64,000 nt of DNA from Squalus acanthias (Eukaryota). Where the stretch lies: the NCBI GenBank assembly GCA_030390025.1, contig CM059431.1:125800001-125864000 (forward strand). Reading direction: 5' to 3'. The notes under the pieces are model-generated. The model saw only the letters and a list, made by a program, of their open reading frames with translations, had not been told where the DNA came from and did no database searches. Position numbers and translations under genes: made by a program. The stretch's first letter is position 1. Each line of letters starts with the position of its first letter. Positions 56,619 to 64,000 of this stretch are shown piece by piece.

Positions 56619-59600
56619 AACATAAGAACATAAGAAATAGGAGCAGGAATAGGCCACTTGGCCCCTCAAGCCTGCTCCGCCATTCAATAAGATCATGGCT
56701 GATCTTGGGCTCAAAGCTACTTCCCTGCCCGCTCCCCATAACCCTTCACTCCCTTATATTGCAAAAATTTGTCTATCTCCACCTTAAATGTATTTAATGA
56801 CCCAGCCTCCACAGCTCTCTGGGGCAGAGAATTCCACAGATTTATGACCCTCTGAGAGAAGAAATTCCTCCTCATCTCAGTTCTAAAAGTGCAACCTTTA
56901 TTCTAAAACTGTGCCCCCGTGTTCTAGATTTCCCCACGAGGGGAAACATCCTCTCTGCATCTACCTTTTCGTGCCCCCTCAGTATCTTATATATTTCAAT
57001 AAGATCACCTCTCATTCTTCTAAATTCCAATGAGTATAGGCCCAGCCTGCTCAACCTTTCCTCATAAGTCAACCCCCTCATCTCTGGAATTAACCTAGTG
57101 AATCGTCTCTGAACTGCCTCCAATGCAAGTATATCCTTCATTATATAAGGAGATCAAAACTGTACGCAGTACTCAAGGTGTGGTCTCACCATTACCCTGT
57201 ACAGTTGTAGCAGGACTTCCCTGCTTTTATACTCCAACCCCTTTGAATTAAAGGCCAACATTCCATTTTGATTACTTGCTGTACCTGCATGCTAACTTTT
57301 TGTGTTTCATGCACAAGGACCCCCAGGTCCCTCTGAAGTGTAGCATTTCATAATCTTTCTCCATTTAAATAATAATTTGCTTTTTTATTTTTCCTGCCAA
57401 AGTGTATAACCTCGCACTTTCCCACATTATACTCCATCTGCCAAATGTTTGCTCACTTAGCCTGTCTATATCCCTTTACAGGTTCTTTGAGTCCTCTGCA
57501 CAACTTGCTTTCCCACCCATCTTTGTATCATCCGCAAACTTGGCTACATTACACTTGGTCCCTTCATCCAAGTCATTAATGTAGATTGTAAATAGTTGAG
57601 GCCCCAGCACCGATCCCTGTGGCACCCCACTAGTTACCGTTTGCCAACTGGAAGATAACCCATTTATCCCGAATCTCTGCTTTCTGTTAGTTAGCCAATT
57701 CTCTATCCATGCTAATATATTACCCCCAATTCCGTGAGCTGTTATCTTATGCTGTAAGCTTTTATGTGGCACCTTATCGAATGCCTTCTGGAAATCCAAA
57801 TACACCACATCCACTGGCTCACCTTTGTCCACCCTGCTCGTTACATCCTCAAAGAACTCCAGCAAGTTTGTTAAACATGATTTCCCTTTCATAAAACCAT
57901 GCTGACTCTGCTTGACTGCATTATGATTTTCCAAATGCCCTGCTACAGTTTCGTTAATGAAGGACTCCAGCATTTTCCCAACAACAGATGTTGGGCTAAC
58001 TGGTCTATAGTTTCCTGCTTTCTGTCTCCCTCCTTTCTTAAATAGGGGTGTTACATTTGTAGTTTTCTAATCCGCTGGGACCTCTCCAGAGTCCAGGGAA
58101 TTTTGGTATATTGCAACCAATGCATCCACTATCTCTGCAGCCACTTCTTTTAAGATCCTGGGATGCATTCCATCTGGTCCAGGGGACTTGACATCTTTTA
58201 GTCCCAATATTTTACCAAGTACTATTTCCTTCATGATTGTTATTGTCTTTAGTTCCCCTCTCCCTGTGGCCCCTTGATTATCCATTATTGGGATGTTGTT
58301 AGTGTCTTCTACCGTGAAGACAGATACAAAATATCTGTTCAGAGTCTCTGCCATTTCCCCGTTCCCCATTATTAATTCCCCAGTCTCATCCTCTAAGGGA
58401 CCAATGTTTACTTTAGCTACCCTCTTTCTTTTTATATACCTGTAGAAGCTCTTACTATCTGTTTTAATGTGTCTTGCCAGTTTACTCTCATAATTCATCT
58501 TCTCTCTCTTTATTTTTTTTTAGTCATCCTTTGCTGGTTTTTAAAAATTTCCCAATCCTCTGGCCTCCCACCAATCTTGCCAACATTGTATGCCTTTGTT
58601 TTCAATTTGATACCATCCTTTACTTCCTTAGTTAGCCACGGATGGTGCTTCCTTCTCTTAAAATCTTTCTTTCTCACTGGAATATATTTTTGTTGAGACT
58701 TATGAAATATCTCCTTAAATGTCCGCCACTGCATTTCAACTGTCTTACCCTTTAATTTATTTTTCCAGTCCACTTTAGCCAGTTCTGCCCTCATGCCACT
58801 GTAATTGCCTTTGTTTAATATCAGGACACTGGTTTGAGATACAACTTTCTCACCCTCCAACTGAATTTGAAATTCAACCATGCTATGAACACTCTTTCCT
58901 AGAGGATCCTTTACTATGAGATCATTTATTAATTCTGTCTCATTACATAGTACCAGATCCAAGATAGTCTGCTCCCTGGTTGGTTCCATTACATACTGTT
59001 CTAGCAAACCATCCCGGATGCACTCTATTAACTCCTCCTCAAGGCTACCATGGCCAATTTGATTTGTCCAATCAATATGGAGATTAAAATCACTCATGAT
59101 TATTATCGTACCTTTTTTACAGGCCTCCATTATTTGTTGATTTATACTCTGTCCAACAGTACTGCTACTGTTTGGGGGCCTGTAGACTATGCCCACCAGA
59201 GACTTTTTCTCTTTATTATGTTTTATCTCCACTCAAACCGATTCTGCATCTTGATCTTCTGAGCCAATATCACTTCTCACCACTGCACTGATCCCATCCT
59301 TTACCAACAAAGCCACCCCACCTCCCTTTCCTTTATGTCTATCCTTCCGAATTGTCAAATACCCTGGAAAAGTCAGTTCCCAGCCCTGTTCGCCTTGCAA
59401 CCACGTCTCTGTAATGGCGATCAGATCATACCCATTTGTATCTATTTGTGCCGTCAACTCATCTTTCTTGTTACAAATGCTGCGTGCACTCAGATATACA
59501 GCTTTTAACTTTGTCTTTTTACCATTCCTCCTTGTTTTGGCCCCATTTTCTGTTGCACTCTTATTTTTAAACATTCTTCTGTCCCTTCCTGTCACACTCT

Positions 59601-59779
59601 GGTTATTATTTCCCCCATCTCTATCCTGCTCTATTGCTTTCTCATTTCTCATTGACTTTTTAAATTCCCGCTCACCTGGATCCTCCCCTCCACTATTTAG
59701 TTTAAAGCCCTCTCTACAGCCCTAGTTGTTCGAGTCGCCAGGACTCTAGCCCCAGCATGGTTCAAGTGAAGCCCGTCCA
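56619..59779 (-). mobile_element. CR1 LINE with ORF1 C-terminus and full-length decayed ORF2
   Basis: DGLHLN (esterase-type ORF1 end), [24 protein letters not shown]. Flanked by AGAAG (56614-56618, 59780-59784). Confidence 0.92.
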
Positions 59780-61710
59780 AGAAGTGCTTGGCAATGACTA
59801 TCTCCAACAAGAGAGAGTCTAACCACCGCCCCATGACATTCAACAGCATTACCATTGCCGAATGCCCCACCATCAACATCCTGGGGGTCACCATTGACCA
59901 GAAGTTAACTGGACCAGCCACATAAATACTGTGGCAACAAGAGCAGGTCAGAGGCTAGGTATTCTGCGGCGAGTGTCTCATCTCCTGACTCCCCAAAGCC
60001 TTTCCACCATCTACAAGGCACAAGTAAGGAGTGTGATGGAATACTTTCCACTTGCCTGGATGAGTGCAGCTGCAACAACACTCAAGAAGTTCGACACCAT
60101 CCAGGACAAATCAGCCCTTTTGATTGGCACTCCATCCACCACCTTAAACTTTCACTCCCTCCACCACCGGCGTACTGTGGTAGCAGTGTGTACCATCTAC
60201 AAGATGCACTGCAGCAACTCGCCAAGGCTTCTTCGGCAGCGCCTCCCAAACACGCGACCTCTACCACCTAGAAGGACAAGGGCAGCAGGCGCATGGAAAC
60301 ACCACCACCTCCAAGTTCCCCTTCAAGTCACACACCATCCTGACTTGGAAGTATATCGCCGATCCTTCATCGTCGCTGGGTCAAAATCCTGGAATTCCCT
60401 ACCTAACAGCACTGTGAGAGTACCTTCACCACAAGGACTGCAACGGTTTAAGAAGGCGGCTCACCACCACCTTCTCAAGGGCAACTAGAGATGGGCAATA
60501 AATGCTGGCCTCGCCAGTGACACCCAGATCCCATAAGCGAATAAAAAAAATACTATAGTTACTTCAAAATTATACACAATAGTTAAAATTCTGCACAGTA
60601 TTCTACAAAGTTGTTTTTCTTAAGAAACAGAATGCTGTTGCAGAGCTTTCAACCCCACATTTATCCCTGATTATACATAATGTGAAATAGAAAACCATAT
60701 TTCTGTTCATTTCCTTTTAGCATGTGTGATGAACCTCCGTAGCCAGGAATTTCCAACCAGGCCTGGCTTCTAAGAACTCCAGGCCTCATCATTGGCATCC
60801 ACAGATGTGTCACCAGGCTAGCAACCCAGAAGCCAATTTCTTTAGGGAGGCCACACACAGCCTGCTGTACTAACCCCAGTAAAAATGCCAAAAGGGAATC
60901 CTTGGCAGGGACGTGGAGGGGTTGTTGTGTTGTCAGGAAGCTCTTTCCCCCAAGCCCCAAATTTAAAAAAATCAATTTGTTTTGAAGGACTTGAAACCTC
61001 TGTGCCATGTCACCTGTAGTTGTAAGGTCACAGAGATTGGGAGGGAGGATGTGTGACCTCCTGACTTCCGCTGAAGAACTCTCAGCAATAGGCCTGTCCC
61101 ATGTTCGAACAGGCAGGTGCCCAGCTTTGGGGTAGCTCATGATTCATAAAGTTACCACACTTCAGAGCAGTCAATTTACAACATGGAAGCAGCCCAGGAA
61201 ACCATAACCAAGTCACCTGGACCAATTGCCAAATGAGGCATGGATAGAGCACAGAAGGCCACAGGCCATAGCATAGTCTCTTTTCAATTGAGAACCAAAG
61301 GAAGCCACAGCAAGACTACTGGTCTTACTTTCTTGGCTATACCTAGTTTCCCTGCCTAAGTAAGAAAAGGTTGGGGTTATGTGTAAGGGAAAAGGCACTG
61401 TGTTGTTTGATTGCATGGTTAATAATGTTGGTGTACAGGACTCAATAGTGCAGTCAAGTAACTGAACAGTAGACTGTGTTTGTAAAAATGATAATCTACC
61501 CTATCTGCTGTTTATAGTTTATACTGTGTGTTTCTGCTAGTTATATCTCCACCTGTCATCTGTATCACAGTCAAGTACAAAAAGCTACACGAGTCATCAA
61601 CACTACTAGTTTCCAGCTTAAAAATACAGTTTGTGAAGTGAAAAGCTATTTCCCTAGATAACATAATTAGTGGAATAATGTGTTACCTTTTTCTGTCAAT
61701 GAGACACCAA

Positions 61711-62402
61711 GGCCTAGAAATTGGATCGTGCAGCATATGTTTTTCAGGGGGAAAATAGCCGCCGAAGGGTCCAACATAGCATGTGGCGTGCATGGATTCC
61801 TTCCATGTCGGGAAAGCACCGCATGCCAAATTGGTAAGGGCGCCCCATAGTCATCCAGGATGCATGCCTGAAACCAGGGCTACACTCATTTCCTACGCAA
61901 ATCCAGGGCCTACTATTGGTTTCAGGGCCTTTTCCCATATTGTATCCACCTGACCACGGGGTGTGCGTGCATGCTGCGGTCAATTTTCGCGGAGCTAGCC
62001 AAACCAGCGTTGTTTAAAGGGGCCACTGAAGACTGCCACAAAATGTTTAATAGACAAAAAATGTACCTTCCTGAATGTGGAGCCAGGAGGAGCAGGATTG
62101 CCTCATTGAAACTGCGGGCTGCTGCTGGCCACCGCTCACAACCCCCTCCCGATCTCCTCAACCCCCCTTTCCCGGACTCACCTTCAGCCTGGTGTCAGTA
62201 TCTCAGCAGGCTAACTTCCCTCCTCTTTGTGACCAACATATAGCCTTCTGGGGTACGATTGATGCAACCAACAGCCCTGACACGTGCTGATGACCCAAGA
62301 GGACCAATTGGGCGTGGTCTTCTTGTGAAATAGTTTCGGCGTGGCAGTAAAAGCTGTCATTGGTTTTACACCCGAATTTGGGCGTGAACCATTTTCTAGG
62401 CC
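61711..62402. mobile_element. Harbinger-type MITE
   Basis: TIRs GGCCTAGAAATT / ATTTTCTAGGCC; TSD CAA (61708-61710, 62403-62405). Confidence 0.82.
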
Positions 62403-64000
62403 CAAATAACTAATATCAGTGTTACATTGTCAAAATATTATTTTGCATTGGAACTTATTATGCTCTGAGCACAACATTCAAAAACAAAATCTATAAAAAT
62501 CCAAAAAATTACATTGAGATTTGTGAATGAAGAAATCTAAATAACATAGTTTCAGTAAAAAAAAGCCTGAACACAATGCCTGAATCATCGTTCTAAAAAA
62601 AGATACAATCATCCACATAAAATTAGCTGTGACTGTTTCCAGACACCATGTGACAGAGACATCACCCATAACTGAAGAAATAAAGCTTAAAGCACATTCC
62701 AGAAAAATCAATCAGAACCAGATCCTGATATTTCATTAAAAATTCAATTTAGAATTTTTAGCTCTTCTAATGTTGCATCCAATTTTAAGAGGGAAAAGGC
62801 AAAATACCCTTTCCTTGTCTGAGAATGTCAGCTGCAGGCTGTACTTCTACCGTCCCTCCACAATTAGCTGCATCTGTTTTCTGCTGTTTGTGTAACAGAC
62901 TGTGAAGTTCTGGATATTGTTTGAGGCTTTGGTACATAATTTAACATCACTACTTCACAAAAGAGAAAGGAGCAATTAGCAAAGTTAACAAGTCGCAGAA
63001 ATTACAATAAGATGCAAACCATACTCTAGCAAAAACATGCCCTGTAGCTGTGTGCATGTTTGTGAAGATACTGTGCAGCGATGTTTTCAAAATGATTCTC
63101 TAGTTCTAATAACATAAAATTGTCAATCTAAGAATTGCAGGAAATAAAACAGTGCAACTTGTTGGAATTTAATGTTAAAGCACATAAAATGAAGTGGTCT
63201 TTTGAAGCAGAAGAGCATTTCATTTATATCATGTCATTACAGATAAATGGGTTTAAATCTGGCAATGGCTTGATAGCTCATGGATTTGGACAGATGGCAG
63301 GTACTGATATGGCCCCCAGCTCAGTCATTATACTCACTGGTACCCTCAATAGGCCACAGCTCGGTCTAGTCAAGGAAACTAGCTTGGACCCACCCCTTCC
63401 CTGCAGTGATTTTTGACAATGACTTTTGTACCATTAACAATAATCATCTTGCCCTTTATCTATATCTACCATCCTCTCAAAGTTTTTGTTGCTGTCTTAA
63501 CAGCCATTTCTAAAATACTCTGATCTCTGACTCATCTAATTGGAAACTGATGCTGTGACCTTGTCTCCTGTACGTATGATTAATTTTCTTGACATTCAGC
63601 TGGATTTTGTCATGGCTATACCCACCTGGGTAAATCTGATGTGATTGCAACTCACTGGTATCTGTTTCCAAGCAGATGCTCACCTCTAACAACAGAATCA
63701 TGATCACGGCTGTTGCAAATACATAGAGGTTTGGAATTCGATTCTGATATTGATATTGACACAATTAGAAAAGCATGAAAAATAGATAAGGGCAGAGAAA
63801 TTTGAAAAAGGTGGAATCATACAACTACAATGAACTATTGTGATTTACATTAGCTCTGTCCCCAAAAGAGAAACAGGTTATCGATGAATGATCTGCATAT
63901 TCACATTGCTCCAAACAGTTATATTTGCTGAAATTAGTTAATGCAGGTGTAGGTTTGAGACAGGCATGCTATACATCCATCAAATGAATTACATTCTTGA

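Larger units (their letters stand above)
53080..60550 (+). mobile_element. CR1-group LINE (family B), near-complete ORF2 pseudogene interrupted by a solo LTR and a CR1
   Basis: APE motifs (TYRPPS, LLDLVLTN, SDQ) and RT ORF 55461-56345 (NYRPISLL, QFGFR, LDIKAAFD, FADD). C-terminal ORF 59931-60488 and 3' tail. Confidence 0.9.

Overview
Eukaryotic, almost entirely repeat-derived DNA. The HE1/V-SINE, Deu-domain SINEs, HER1-type CR1 and L2 LINEs point to a cartilaginous fish (inference). No host gene could be supported. The main feature is a young retrovirus-like LTR element (2800-10970, GTGG target-site duplication, inserted in a LINE). Its gag and pol share one frame and are separated by a single UGA-CUAG readthrough-type stop. 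Pol has protease, RT, a degenerate RNase H tether, a second RNase H and integrase, which is retrovirus/lokiretrovirus-like. The gag ATG overlaps a tRNA-Ser-like primer binding site, and Gag carries PSAP/PPxY late domains although no env is present. The 5' LTR is 1653 bp and only 630 bp of the 3' LTR remain. The integrase has lost its catalytic Glu through an in-frame deletion. Related LTRs lie at 1-928 and 38738-40442, and a third LTR family at 53343-54705. The rest is nested CR1/L2 LINEs, SINEs, a hAT element, four PIF/Harbinger elements (Myb/SANT gene convergent with a HARBI1-type transposase) and several Harbinger-type MITEs, some packed with perfect hairpins. All calls were read by eye; no database searches were run.
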